In this document: piece after piece, positions 53,893 through 63,987 of the stretch
Position numbering within the stretch: the first letter of the stretch is position 1
Layout of the letters: every line of letters starts with the position of its first letter
Assembly: GCA_964608605.1 (NCBI GenBank)
Contig: CAZSOS010000002.1
Span: 105,569-169,568 of the forward strand
Direction: 5' to 3'
Source: an uncultured Candidatus Saccharibacteria bacterium
Lineage (GTDB): Bacteria; Patescibacteriota; Minisyncoccia; Phycocordibacterales; UBA918
DNA length: 64,000 nucleotides
The notes under the pieces: generated by a model
Database searches by the model: none
What the model saw: the letters and a program-made list of their open reading frames with translations, nothing else
Told to the model about the DNA's origin: nothing
Made by a program: the position numbers and the translations under genes

Positions 53893-56169
53893 ATGAAGGC
53901 GAAAACATCAAAATTCAAAGGAAGACAGTGGCGAGAATGGCTGGTGGACGGACTGATAGTCGCCGTCGTGCTCGGATTCATCGGCGCGGGCGGCCTCCTA
54001 CTCTTCATCTCCACCCTCAACATCCCCGACCTCTCGGCCTTCGAACAGCGCCGGGTGCTCCAGTCGACTAAGATATACGACCGCACCGGCGAGATCGTCC
54101 TCTACGACCTCAACCAGGACGTGAAACGGACCGTCGTGCCCTACGAGAATATCTCCCGGCACGTGAAGAACGCCGCCGTGGCCATCGAGGATGACACCTT
54201 CTTCACCCACTGGGGCATCAGGCCGCTTCGCATCTTCAAAGCCGTGCTCGACAACCTCACGACCGGCGACCTTCTCGGTGGCCAAGGAGGTTCGACCATC
54301 ACGCAGCAGGTGATCAAGAACGCGCTCTTGGAACGAGACAAGAAGCTGACCAGAAAGATCAAGGAGTGGATATTGGCCCTCCGCCTCGAACAGGTCCTCA
54401 CCAAAGAGGAGATCTTGTGGCACTACCTCAACGAGTCCCCTTACGGCGGCACCATCTACGGCGTCGAAGAGGCCAGCCGGTCGTTCTTCGGCAAGTCGGC
54501 TGCTGACGTCACCCTGGCCGAAGCCGCTTACTTGGCCGCCCTGCCCCAGCGGCCGACGTACTTCTCGCCGCACGGCAGCAACCGCGACGCGCTAGAGGTG
54601 CGCAAGAACCAGGTGCTCGACCGCATGCTGGAGCTGGAATTCATAACTCAAGAAGAACATGACGCCGCCAAGGCCGAGACCGTGGCCTTCGTGGGAGGCT
54701 CCAACACCGGCATCCGCGCTCCTCACTTCGTCATGTACGTGTGGGAACAACTGGCCGAACGCTTCGGCGACGAGGACCTGGCCACTCGCGGCCTCAAGGT
54801 CATCACCACCATCGACTACGACCTACAGGTGGAGGCGGAGAAGATCGTGAAGGAGTACGCTCTGAAGAACGAGACGCAGTTCGACGCTTCCAACGCCGCC
54901 CTGGTGGCCATCGACCCCAAGACCGGCGACATCATCACTATGGTCGGATCGCGCGATTATTTCGACGAGGAGATCGACGGCAACTACAACATCGCCCTGG
55001 CCAACCGCCAGCCGGGATCGTCGATCAAGCCTTTCATCTACGCCAAAGCCTTCGAGAAGGGCTACACGCCGGCCACCACGCTCTTTGACGTGCGCACCCA
55101 GTTCTCCACTTCTTGCTCGGCCGATAACTTCACTTCCGAGGATGGCTGCTATTCGCCACAGAACTACGACAACGCCTTCCGCGGTCCGGTCTCGATGCGC
55201 AACGCCCTAGCCCAGTCGCTGAACATTCCGGCGGTCAAGACCTTGTACCTGGCCGGCATGCAGGAGTCGATCAAGCTGGCGCGCGACGCCGGACTATCGA
55301 CCTTGACCGACTGGCGCCGCTACGGCCTCACTCTGGTCCTCGGAGGCGGCGAAGTGACGCTGCTGGATATGACCGGCGCTTACAGCGTCCTGGCGAACGA
55401 AGGCGAAAAACGCCCCGCTCGTAGCATCTTGCGCATCGAAGACAACCAAGGGAACGTGCTGGAGGAGACGGAGGAGCAGCCCTCGGGACAAAGGGTGATG
55501 GACCGCGACGCGGCTCTCCAGATCTCCGACATCCTTTCGGACAACGTGGCCCGCACCCCGCTTTACGGATCGAACTCCCTGCTCAACTTCGGTGAAGGCA
55601 AGGACGTGGCCGCCAAGACCGGTACGACCAACGACCGCCGCGACGCCTGGATCTTCGGCTACACGCCGAACCTGGTGGTTGGCGCCTGGGCCGGAAACAA
55701 CGATAACGCCTCGATGAACGAGATCTCCGGACTGATCATCTCACCGTTGTGGCGCGCCTTTATGGACGCGGCCATGAAGGATCGTCCCGAAGAGTCCTTC
55801 GCCACCCCATCCCCCATTCCCGACGACATCAAACCGGTGCTGCGTTCCAACGGTTACTTCGTGGACGCGGCCACCCTGGTCGGCGACCTGGACAACAACC
55901 CTGACGCCGCCAGCATCCTGACCGCCCTTTACCAGAACACCCATTCGATACTTCACTTCGTCGACAAGGACGACCCGCGCGGCCCCTATCCGACCAATCC
56001 TTCCCGCGACCCTCAATACAACTTGTGGGAATATGGAGTGACCGCCTGGAAGAACGCCCAATTCTTCTCGGCCTTCGGCGGCGGAAATGAAAGGAGCGAT
56101 GATTCCGAGGAATCCCCCAGCCTCGACCTCGATCTGGGCGGACTCGAAGTGGGAACGCGTCAAAACTAG
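53893..56169 (+). CDS. Class A penicillin-binding protein (transglycosylase plus transpeptidase), PBP1A
   Basis: N-terminal TM segment. GT51 motifs (EDDTFFTHWGI, GGSTITQQ). Transpeptidase SIKP (SxxK) and KTGTT. Confidence 0.9.
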   Translation: MKAKTSKFKGRQWREWLVDGLIVAVVLGFIGAGGLLLFISTLNIPDLSAFEQRRVLQSTKIYDRTGEIVLYDLNQDVKRTVVPYENISRHVKNAAVAIEDDTFFTHWGIRPLRIFKAVLDNLTTGDLLGGQGGSTITQQVIKNALLERDKKLTRKIKEWILALRLEQVLTKEEILWHYLNESPYGGTIYGVEEASRSFFGKSAADVTLAEAAYLAALPQRPTYFSPHGSNRDALEVRKNQVLDRMLELEFITQEEHDAAKAETVAFVGGSNTGIRAPHFVMYVWEQLAERFGDEDLATRGLKVITTIDYDLQVEAEKIVKEYALKNETQFDASNAALVAIDPKTGDIITMVGSRDYFDEEIDGNYNIALANRQPGSSIKPFIYAKAFEKGYTPATTLFDVRTQFSTSCSADNFTSEDGCYSPQNYDNAFRGPVSMRNALAQSLNIPAVKTLYLAGMQESIKLARDAGLSTLTDWRRYGLTLVLGGGEVTLLDMTGAYSVLANEGEKRPARSILRIEDNQGNVLEETEEQPSGQRVMDRDAALQISDILSDNVARTPLYGSNSLLNFGEGKDVAAKTGTTNDRRDAWIFGYTPNLVVGAWAGNNDNASMNEISGLIISPLWRAFMDAAMKDRPEESFATPSPIPDDIKPVLRSNGYFVDAATLVGDLDNNPDAASILTALYQNTHSILHFVDKDDPRGPYPTNPSRDPQYNLWEYGVTAWKNAQFFSAFGGGNERSDDSEESPSLDLDLGGLEVGTRQN

Positions 56170-56172
56170 ATA

Positions 56173-56203
56173 AAAAAGCCGCGGTCATGCCGCGGCTTTT
56201 TTA
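56173..56203. terminator. Bidirectional hairpin terminator
   Basis: AAAAAAGCCGCGG-TCAT-GCCGCGGCTTTTTT. Confidence 0.65.
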
Positions 56204-56205
56204 GC

Positions 56206-56487
56206 TCAGACCAGTCGCTTCGGGGCATTCTTCTCTCCCAACCTTCCGCGAAGATGGTCCAAGACCTCCTTCTCTCGCATCCGCACCTCGGTTCTAAGAG
56301 GTCCGAGACCCTTGATCGCCAATGCCTTAGTGGTCGGATCGTACGAAACCCGGCCCTTGTCCACTTTGACCTGGAACATATCCTCCACCAGCTCCAAAAA
56401 CTCCTTGATGACGGTCCCTTGCGGCGCCAAGAGCGTCTTCTTGTATTTGTCGAAAAGTGAAGAGACTTTTTTTAGTTCGCCGCGCAT
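56206..56487 (-). CDS. DUF721/DciA-like small protein downstream of dnaN
   Basis: 93 aa and basic, in the conserved position after dnaN where DUF721 (DciA) genes usually lie. Called on position. Confidence 0.45.
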   Translation of the reverse strand: MRGELKKVSSLFDKYKKTLLAPQGTVIKEFLELVEDMFQVKVDKGRVSYDPTTKALAIKGLGPLRTEVRMREKEVLDHLRGRLGEKNAPKRLV

Positions 56488-56595
56488 GGTTAGGTTTTAG
56501 TACTTAGCTGCTAGTGGTTAGTTACTAGAGGTGCTGCCCGCTTGGCAGAAAATCGCTCCGCGATTTTCTGCCACTAGCAACTGACAAGTAAGCAT

Positions 56596-57690
56596 TTATT
56601 TATTCATCGGCATCACCAAGTACCGGACGGATATATCGGACACGCCCCTTATGATCACCGGTCGGCCGACGCCGGAAAACTGCAGGACGATGCTGTCGTC
56701 CGCGATGTGGGACAAGGCGTCGGAAAGATACCTTTGGTTGAAATTGAGGGTCAACTCATCACCGTCGGTCTCAGCCTTCAAGGATTCGGTGGTCGTGCCC
56801 AGCTCGCCTCCGACCGCTGACACCGTCAAGGACTTGGCGGTCACGTACAATCCGACCTGGAAGAAGCGGTTGAGGAAGATACTGGTCTTCCTGAAGGCGC
56901 GCGCCAGATCCTCTTTCAGCACCGTGACCTTGGCGGCGAATTCCTTGGGCATGATCTGCTCGTAGTCAGGGAACGATCCCGATATCAACCTAGAGGTGAT
57001 ATAGACGCCCTCGGCGAACTCCAAAGAGAACTGATTATCGTTGAAACGACATACTGGATCGGAAGGTACCGCGTCGAGCACGCGAGCGACCTCCAAGGCG
57101 TTCTTCTGGGGCAATAGGATGGAAGATTCGAAGACCACCCCCTTCTGCGGCACAGTCTTTTCCATAAGGCGGAAGGAGTCGGTGGCCACGAAGGTTAAGG
57201 ACTGCTCCTTCTTTTGATAGACGTACACGCTGCCAAGCTCCGGCTTGATGGAGGACACGGAAGCCGCGAAAGCGGTCGATTTGATTCCTAGGCTGAACAA
57301 ACTATTGTTCACCGTCTGCCCCCCGCCTTCGACGCGCGGTATGGACGGAAATTCTTCATGCGGAATGGTCTTTATCAAAGTTTCCGATCCGCTACCCTCG
57401 ACTACCAGACCACCATCCTCCAAGCGCAGGCTCAGCTCCTTTTCGGTATTCAGATTGACCGTCTGCATCAAGACCGCGGCCGGAACGGTCACCATCCCCT
57501 GATCTTCCACCCTAGCCTTCACCCTGGCTTCGATGGCGATCTCGAGATTCGTGGCCCGCAGCAGCAATTCTCCATCCCCGGCTTCCAGATACACGCACTG
57601 CAAGACCGGCAAGGTAGCGTGCTTGGTGCTCACTCTACCCACCATTTCCAGCTTTTCGTAGAAGTCTTTCTGATCCAGGGTTATTTTCAT
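56596..57690 (-). CDS. dnaN: DNA polymerase III beta sliding clamp
   Basis: Three-domain clamp of the right length. MKITLDQKDFYEKLEMVGRVSTKHATLPVLQCVYLEA is typical. Confidence 0.9.
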   Translation of the reverse strand: MKITLDQKDFYEKLEMVGRVSTKHATLPVLQCVYLEAGDGELLLRATNLEIAIEARVKARVEDQGMVTVPAAVLMQTVNLNTEKELSLRLEDGGLVVEGSGSETLIKTIPHEEFPSIPRVEGGGQTVNNSLFSLGIKSTAFAASVSSIKPELGSVYVYQKKEQSLTFVATDSFRLMEKTVPQKGVVFESSILLPQKNALEVARVLDAVPSDPVCRFNDNQFSLEFAEGVYITSRLISGSFPDYEQIMPKEFAAKVTVLKEDLARAFRKTSIFLNRFFQVGLYVTAKSLTVSAVGGELGTTTESLKAETDGDELTLNFNQRYLSDALSHIADDSIVLQFSGVGRPVIIRGVSDISVRYLVMPMNK

Positions 57691-57699
57691 GGATACATT

Positions 57700-58036
57700 A
57701 TAGCTTAATTGGGGACAACCCGCCCTGATGGTTCTTTTGAAACAAACGCTCTTTATTATTAGGGCTGTGGATTTGGGTATAAGTCCACGATACGGCCACG
57801 AATAAGGTTATTTTTACGAGATTTTTCCCCAGTCGGAACATCAAAGCCCGAGGATAATCTTGTTGATAAGCGCACCGCGGGAAAAAGACAGAAGTTAAGA
57901 CAGTTTTTCCCCTGATCATCACGGAGATATCACCGAGTTCTTATACTCGTTGTCCACGGAATCTGGTGGATTTTCCACAGCTTTTCAGATGCCGCTATCC
58001 ACAGGCGGGAGATTTGTGTCCGATCGGATTATAAGA
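57700..58036. promoter_or_regulatory. Candidate oriC: cluster of DnaA-box-like 9-mers between dnaA and dnaN
   Basis: TATCCACA (57996-58003), TTTTCCACA (57971-57979), TTGTCCACG (57950-57958), AAGTCCACG (57781-57789) and TGTGGATTT (57766-57774), all in an AT-richer spacer. Confidence 0.6.
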
Positions 58037-58058
58037 AAACACCCCGTATCGGGGTGTT

Positions 58059-59438
58059 TTACTTCAGGAGCGCTCGTATCTGGGCTACTTCTTCTTCGAG
58101 CTCGGTGTTTTGCTGTAGTTCGGCCTTGATCTTCTCACAGGAGTGGATGACGGTCGTGTGATCGCGCCCCCCTAGCTTCTGGCCGATGGTGGGGTACGAA
58201 ACGGCGAAATCCTCGCGCAGGATGTACATGATGAGCTGTCTCGGTCTGACCACTTCCTTGCGCCTGGTCTTCTCGTAGATGCTCGCCGGTTCGATGTTGA
58301 AGAACTGCGCCACTTTCTCCACCACGTCGTCGATGGCCATCGAGCGCCGCGGCCGAGTGCTGTTCTTGATGATGACCTTCACTTCCTCCAGCGCCAGCAC
58401 CCGGCCAAGGAGCTGCGACTGGCACATGATGGAGTTTAGCGCCCCCTCGAGCTCGCGAATGTTGCCATTCACGGACTCGGCCAGGTAATCCACCACTTCG
58501 TCGGAAAGAGCGATGCTGTTCTGGGCCGCTTTGGCCTTCAAGATGGCGGCCCTCGATTCCAAGTCCGGCGCCGGGATGTCGACGATCATGCCGGCGGCGA
58601 AGCGCGACTGCAGGCGTTCCTCCATGCCGGAGAGTAGGGCCGGGTGGATGTCGCTCGAGAAAACGATCTGCTTGTTGTTATCGTGGAGCGTGTTGAAGAG
58701 ATGGAACAGTTCTTCCTGAGTCTTTTCCTTGCTGTTTAAGAACTGCACGTCGTCCATCACCAGCACGTCATACTGGCGGTACTTGTCCTTGAAGCTGTTG
58801 GCGGTGCCGTTCTGGAGGGAGTTGAAGTAGTCGACGGTAAAGCGTTCGGCGGTGGCGTAGAAGACCTTCTTGCCGTTCTTCTTCAGGTGGTTCCCCACCG
58901 CCTGGATGAGATGGGTCTTGCCGTGGCCGGTCTTGCCGTAGATGAAAAGCGGATTATAGGCGATTCCTGGCCTTTCACTCACGGTCTTGGCGGCCGCGTG
59001 GGCGAGCGCGTTGAAGGGGCCGATGACGAAGGTGTCGAACGAATAGCGCGGGTTCAGGTTGTCGCTCTTGTTGATGTAGTACTCCTCCAGGGGCAGCGCC
59101 GCGTTGACGTTCTGGGTGCGGTTCTCCTGCTTCTTTTCGGTGCGGGCCACCACGCTGTACTCGATGTTGCGCACGTAGGGGGCGTTCTCGCGCAGCACGC
59201 GCAGGATCATCGACTGGAACTTGTCTCTGAGCCAATCGCGCACGAACACGCTGGGAACGCCGAGGGTGACGGTGCCGTCCTCAAGCCCGACGATGCGCGT
59301 GTCGCGGAACCAGGTCTTGAAGTTGGCCGGAGTGATGGCCAGCTCGATGGAGACGAGCGAATCGTCCCAGAGCTTTTTGATGTCCACTTGCTCGGTTTGG
59401 ATGAAACTGTTGGTGATGGTTGGAGAAACTTGATTCAT
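58059..59438 (-). CDS. dnaA: Chromosomal replication initiator protein DnaA
   Basis: AAA+ motifs (GKTGHGKTHL Walker A, DDVQFL Walker B) and the C-terminal DNA-binding signature (TVIHSCEKIK). Confidence 0.95.
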   Translation of the reverse strand: MNQVSPTITNSFIQTEQVDIKKLWDDSLVSIELAITPANFKTWFRDTRIVGLEDGTVTLGVPSVFVRDWLRDKFQSMILRVLRENAPYVRNIEYSVVARTEKKQENRTQNVNAALPLEEYYINKSDNLNPRYSFDTFVIGPFNALAHAAAKTVSERPGIAYNPLFIYGKTGHGKTHLIQAVGNHLKKNGKKVFYATAERFTVDYFNSLQNGTANSFKDKYRQYDVLVMDDVQFLNSKEKTQEELFHLFNTLHDNNKQIVFSSDIHPALLSGMEERLQSRFAAGMIVDIPAPDLESRAAILKAKAAQNSIALSDEVVDYLAESVNGNIRELEGALNSIMCQSQLLGRVLALEEVKVIIKNSTRPRRSMAIDDVVEKVAQFFNIEPASIYEKTRRKEVVRPRQLIMYILREDFAVSYPTIGQKLGGRDHTTVIHSCEKIKAELQQNTELEEEVAQIRALLK

Positions 59439-59686
59439 GACCGATGCTTAGACGCGTTCCTGGTAGGAACAGTGCTATGAATTATACTCGCCCCGGTCGG
59501 GCTGTAAACTTTTCGCTCGCTTTCCACAACGAGCGGACCGCCAAGTCGAATGCGGCTGTCAATGTGGACAAACATGGGGACAGCTTCCGCCTGAATTTTA
59601 AAGCGCGGCAACTACCCCTTGTCGGGGTTCGCGGTTTTGACTTTATTCGTCGCCAGTGTATAGTAGTGAAAATTTAAAGTAATCGT

Positions 59687-59836
59687 ATGCCGAAACGCAC
59701 CTATCAACCGAAGAAGAAGAAGCGCGCCACCACGCACGGCTTCCTGGCCCGCAAGAACAGCCCTAAGGGCGGCAATGTCCTCAAGGCTCGCCGCCGCAAA
59801 GGCCGCGCCAGCTTGGCGGTGAAGCCGAGCAAGTAG
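59687..59836 (+). CDS. rpmH: 50S ribosomal protein L34 (49 aa, below the ORF-track cutoff)
   Basis: Manual translation gives [49 protein letters not shown]. It lies immediately upstream of rnpA. Confidence 0.9.
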   Translation: MPKRTYQPKKKKRATTHGFLARKNSPKGGNVLKARRRKGRASLAVKPSK

Positions 59837-59894
59837 TCGGTTGCGCCCGGGGTCCCGTTTCTTCGGATCATCGGCCGCGTTCATGCCCTAGAAT

Positions 59895-60230
59895 ATGTTG
59901 AAGAAAAAACAGCGATTGACGGCCCACCAGTTCGATCGCTTTTTTTCTGCCGGACGGCGGCACCACTTCCCTCTTCTGACCTTGATCTGGAGCGACCACG
60001 AGACTTTCCATGGCGCGGCGGTGGCCGGCAAGAAGGTGTCCAAGAAGGCCGTCGGCAGGAACAAGCTGCGGCGGCGGTTGTACAGCATTTTGTACCGCTT
60101 GTCCCGTGAAAAAGATCTTCGCGGCGTGTATATTGTGATAGCGAAACCCGCCGCCGCCCGCGCTCCCTTCCCGGATCTGAAGAAGGACTTGACCGAGGCG
60201 GTATCGCGAACCCTAAACCCTAAACCCTAA
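59895..60230 (+). CDS. rnpA: Ribonuclease P protein component
   Basis: Basic 111-aa protein in the conserved rpmH-rnpA-yidC context. KKAVGRNKLRRRL matches the RNR motif region. Confidence 0.85.
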   Translation: MLKKKQRLTAHQFDRFFSAGRRHHFPLLTLIWSDHETFHGAAVAGKKVSKKAVGRNKLRRRLYSILYRLSREKDLRGVYIVIAKPAAARAPFPDLKKDLTEAVSRTLNPKP

Positions 60231-60235
60231 ACCCT

Positions 60236-60967
60236 ATGTCTTGGCTTTGGCACACGTTCTTCTTTGATCCGGTCTACAATGGCCTGGTCTTCTTCGTCGA
60301 CGTCATTCCCGGAGGCGACGTCGGCCTCTCGATCATCGCCATCACCATCGTGGTCAAGTTCATCTTGCTGCCGCTTTCCGCCAAGGCGGCCAGGACGCAG
60401 CGCGTGATGCGCGAGTTGGAGCCGAAACTGGCGGAGTTGAAAGAGACTCACAAGGACGATCGCGAGGCCCTGGCGCGGGCGACCATGGCTTCCTATAAAG
60501 AGGCCGGCATCAACCCCTTCTCCAGCATTCTGCTGATGTTCATTCAGATACCGATCGTCATCGCTCTGTACTTTTCGGTATACAAGGGTGGCGGCGTGCC
60601 GTTGCCGGGCATCAACACCGACTTGCTGTACGGTTTCATTCCCTCCCCCGAGACCGTCGACATGATCTTTTTGGGATTCGTCGATATCGCTAAGAAAAGC
60701 CTGCCTTTGGCGTTGTTGGCCGGCGTCACCCAGTTCATCCACGCCGGACTTTCGATCCCCAAGCCGGCCGCTCGCCAGGAAGGCGTGTCCGACATGAAGG
60801 GAGATTTCGCGCGTAGCATGTACCTCAACATGCGTTACGTGCTCCCGATCCTCATCACTTTCATCGCCTATACCCTTTCAGCTTCGGTGGCTCTCTACTT
60901 CACTGTCAGCAATCTATTCGCCATCGCGCAGGAATACTACCTGCGTTCCCATAAACGCCCTTCTTAG
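60236..60967 (+). CDS. yidC: Membrane protein insertase YidC/Oxa1 (short form)
   Basis: 5-TM core with LLPLSAKAARTQRVMRELEPKLAELKE (YidC C1 region). The short N-terminus is as in Gram-positive/CPR forms. Confidence 0.85.
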   Translation: MSWLWHTFFFDPVYNGLVFFVDVIPGGDVGLSIIAITIVVKFILLPLSAKAARTQRVMRELEPKLAELKETHKDDREALARATMASYKEAGINPFSSILLMFIQIPIVIALYFSVYKGGGVPLPGINTDLLYGFIPSPETVDMIFLGFVDIAKKSLPLALLAGVTQFIHAGLSIPKPAARQEGVSDMKGDFARSMYLNMRYVLPILITFIAYTLSASVALYFTVSNLFAIAQEYYLRSHKRPS

Positions 60968-62145
60968 TTCCCGAATTTCAGATTCTTGAACCACAACGTG
61001 TCGTCTATTTTGTTCTTGAAGATCAGGTAAGATCCGAATTGGTCCATTGATAAACCGGTGATATCCACGTCCCGGCCGGCGACAACCGCCAAGTTGTCTT
61101 CCTCGCGCGCGCTTTGGTCGTTCAGATTCACTGACCATAACCGATCCGGGAAGCTGATCAGGCCTTTATACCAGTCATTTTGAGCGTCACGCCCTAGGCT
61201 ATCGAGCGGAGCGCCGCACCACAATATCTCCGGTCTCAAACTATCAAACATGCACTTGTCTGGCAGGGCGACTATGGGAAGCGGCTCGCGCGCGCCTGTG
61301 TTCTCCGTTAGTTTCATCGAGCGAAGATTTCCGGTGACACCATCAACCGCGGTTTGAATATAGATGCCACTCGACGCTTTCGGCGCTACAACACTGAAAG
61401 CTTGGATCTGGTTACCGATCCTTCGTAAACCGTTGTGGGTAATACGGTAAAGAGCACCGTTAAGGCGAGGTGCCGGTAGGTTATATAACAAAGTTTCTTC
61501 CAAGCCCCAAAGCACGTTTATGTCCTTCAAAGGAGAGCTGAAAATGACGTCTGTTTCCCCGGTCTCCAGATCATATCGATAACCCGTGCCGCCATTGTCT
61601 TCGACAACGGTATAGCGGACCTCTCCGGGGCGGGTGAAAGACACGTTGTCGGCGGCGGTCGGAAAGTCGTGGCTTCTTTGCGTTCGCAGATCTTCCAAAC
61701 TAGCCACGGACCCGGTAGGACCCTCGGCCAGCAAGACAACCGCCCCACCATCCGGGGAGAATACCGCTTCGGCGGCCGCCAAGAAAGTCTTGGCCGACAC
61801 GCGGGTCTCTACTCCGGTGCCGATATCGATCCTATAGACATGCCCTGTCCCCTTCTCGGCGTAGATGATATGGGTGGTAGTACTGCCGTTGTCGACAAAA
61901 CCAAAACCCGCGACCGGACGGGTGGTCAACTGTACCAAAGAGCCGTCACGGATATTCAGTTCCGCCGTTCTGGCGAGAGTTTCCGCCCCCTCGGGCGTAA
62001 TGGGAGTCGCTCGTTCGCTTAGGCCGATGTTGGTGAAGACATCAGTTACTTGTCTTGGCGCGCCGAAAAGCAAAAGATACACCCAGGTCAAAAACACGAT
62101 AAGCAGAAGCAGTCCGGCGATAATGATAAAGATCGTGCGCTTCAT
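60964..62145 (-). CDS. Secreted beta-propeller-like hypothetical protein
   Basis: TM/signal segment plus beta-rich repeats. No motif. Confidence 0.45.
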   Translation of the reverse strand: MKRTIFIIIAGLLLLIVFLTWVYLLLFGAPRQVTDVFTNIGLSERATPITPEGAETLARTAELNIRDGSLVQLTTRPVAGFGFVDNGSTTTHIIYAEKGTGHVYRIDIGTGVETRVSAKTFLAAAEAVFSPDGGAVVLLAEGPTGSVASLEDLRTQRSHDFPTAADNVSFTRPGEVRYTVVEDNGGTGYRYDLETGETDVIFSSPLKDINVLWGLEETLLYNLPAPRLNGALYRITHNGLRRIGNQIQAFSVVAPKASSGIYIQTAVDGVTGNLRSMKLTENTGAREPLPIVALPDKCMFDSLRPEILWCGAPLDSLGRDAQNDWYKGLISFPDRLWSVNLNDQSAREEDNLAVVAGRDVDITGLSMDQFGSYLIFKNKIDDTLWFKNLKFGN

Positions 62146-62149
62146 AAGT

Positions 62150-62932
62150 TCAAGGATAACAGCTTATTATGGTGGTTGGTGGGGTGGTTAGTCCGTTCGA
62201 GATCACCGGACTTCCTCCGGCGGCGGAACATTGGTTGGCGGCGGTCACGGCGTCAGTCGGTTGAGCGCAACCGATCGGGTAGCCACTCATTTGGCTGATC
62301 GTGTTTACCGCGCAATGGGAGGAGCTGGAAGGACAAGTGACGGAAAAGTTTCCGTTGCTGACAAATGTGTATCCAGAGCACCCGCTATCAACCATGCCCT
62401 GAGCCACGTCCTGACCATTGACGGAAACCGTGCAATTACCATTATTTCCCGAATCGACCCTGTTGGTTACCGGAGCGCATGATGTCATGGTATCTGGCGC
62501 GCCGCCGGATGAAACAGGCGGTGTTTGACTCGGAGCGTTCGTTGTAGTCGTGACTTCGGCTCTAGGCAAGTTGTTCAACACATCCAGGCGCAGGATCCTA
62601 GGATTGATGGTATTAAGGATAGTAACTGCTCCCAGGATTATCAGTAGACCAAGCAGGGCGCTTTGAATATCTTTCTTGGCCTGCTGTTTGCTGGTGACGA
62701 TCTCCGAAAACATGTATTGCGTACCCGCCCACATCAGTCGCAACACGACCAAAACGGCCGCAGCGCCTATGGCCGCTAGGTACAAGGCGTTTACGTACGT
62801 TTCCACGGATGGATCTACGACCCCTAGAAATGGTATGTTTTGAAAGGTGCTATAGGGAGGATCGGCAGCCAAGGTTATGGCAGGTACCATAGCGACTCCT
62901 GACGTTATGATGATAAGAAGGAGAGTTTTCAT
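62150..62932 (-). CDS. Pilin-like membrane protein (TrbC/VirB2-like topology) with a Cys-rich C-terminal extension
   Basis: Long signal peptide, then two hydrophobic helices (ALYLAAIGAAAVLVVL...ALLGLLIILGAVTIL) separated by a basic loop, then a Cys/Ser/Thr/Gly-rich tail. The assignment is tentative. Confidence 0.3.
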   Translation of the reverse strand: MKTLLLIIITSGVAMVPAITLAADPPYSTFQNIPFLGVVDPSVETYVNALYLAAIGAAAVLVVLRLMWAGTQYMFSEIVTSKQQAKKDIQSALLGLLIILGAVTILNTINPRILRLDVLNNLPRAEVTTTTNAPSQTPPVSSGGAPDTMTSCAPVTNRVDSGNNGNCTVSVNGQDVAQGMVDSGCSGYTFVSNGNFSVTCPSSSSHCAVNTISQMSGYPIGCAQPTDAVTAANQCSAAGGSPVISNGLTTPPTTIISCYP

Positions 62933-63627
62933 ATTCCTAGGTTGAGCATGAAGCCTCGGGTCATGCGCGCCGTCATGCCGCGGTCGGCGGTCACTTCCAG
63001 TCCGATATGGTAGTGTTCTTTCGATTCTTCGGGTCTCTTGAGTATGAGTTGACGCCAGGAGTCACTAAGGGGTATAGGCTGGCCATCTACTCTCCAGATA
63101 CCGCGAAGCGAAGCGCCGGAAGCGGTAAAGTAAGGTACTGCGGCCAATTCCGCTTCCGCACCGATAAGGGCGTACTCACTCCCTATCGCGGTAGCGCTTT
63201 GGCCGCGGAGCGGATTAACTTCGTACAATAATACTTGCGGGTTAGAGACATAGATGGTGTCGTTACGTTCCGCCACTAGTTGGCCCTCCATTAAGACGGA
63301 TAGCTGCACGGTGAATGACCCTTGATCTGGCGCGATGATGGTGATGGCTTGTCCGCGGTCAGCAATGACGCGGCCATCCACACGCCAATTGTAAACGACG
63401 TCGCCGGCTGGCGGATCACGCAGAATAGCGATAAGGCGCACGGGACTGCCGCCGGTCGGCTCCGCTCGGCCTTTATAAAAGAGCGGCGTATAGGTGTCGG
63501 CTTCAACCATGATGTCGACGGTGCCTGTAGGACGTGACGTCGTATTTGGCGCTATTTGCGCTTGGGAAGGTAACGCAGTGCCAAGCGCCAATGCTAGTAG
63601 CGTCAATTGCAAATACTTGAACCGCAT
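62929..63627 (-). CDS. Secreted hypothetical protein
   Basis: Signal peptide MRFKYLQLTLLALALGTALPSQAQ. No motif. Confidence 0.5.
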   Translation of the reverse strand: MRFKYLQLTLLALALGTALPSQAQIAPNTTSRPTGTVDIMVEADTYTPLFYKGRAEPTGGSPVRLIAILRDPPAGDVVYNWRVDGRVIADRGQAITIIAPDQGSFTVQLSVLMEGQLVAERNDTIYVSNPQVLLYEVNPLRGQSATAIGSEYALIGAEAELAAVPYFTASGASLRGIWRVDGQPIPLSDSWRQLILKRPEESKEHYHIGLEVTADRGMTARMTRGFMLNLGI

Positions 63628-63672
63628 GGAAATAGTATATCACCGTTGCGCGGTGCAAATTGGTGGATAATA

Positions 63673-63987
63673 CTATTTTTTTTCTTCGATCTGCGTCTTG
63701 ACGACATAGAGACACCAGAGCCATACCCAGGGAAAGAGATTGGCGATCGGAGCCAAGGTAAGAACGAGTGAACCGATCGCGACCACGGGGCTGGCGATAC
63801 CGTTCATTATCTTAACTCCGCGGAAAATGTAGACGATGATCGCGATCATGAAGGTGACCATCCACATGGCCGCTAGGAGGACCATTGAAATCATAAAGAG
63901 GCCGAGACCGGCATAGCCGCCGGCGGAGAATATATCGAAGAATTCGAGCCAGCCGCCGCTGTACCAGGCCATTCCTCCGAGTGACAA
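63673..63987 (-). CDS. Hypothetical multi-TM membrane protein (may extend beyond the ORF start)
   Basis: Three hydrophobic helices. The window ends shortly upstream. Confidence 0.35.
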   Translation of the reverse strand: MSLGGMAWYSGGWLEFFDIFSAGGYAGLGLFMISMVLLAAMWMVTFMIAIIVYIFRGVKIMNGIASPVVAIGSLVLTLAPIANLFPWVWLWCLYVVKTQIEEKK

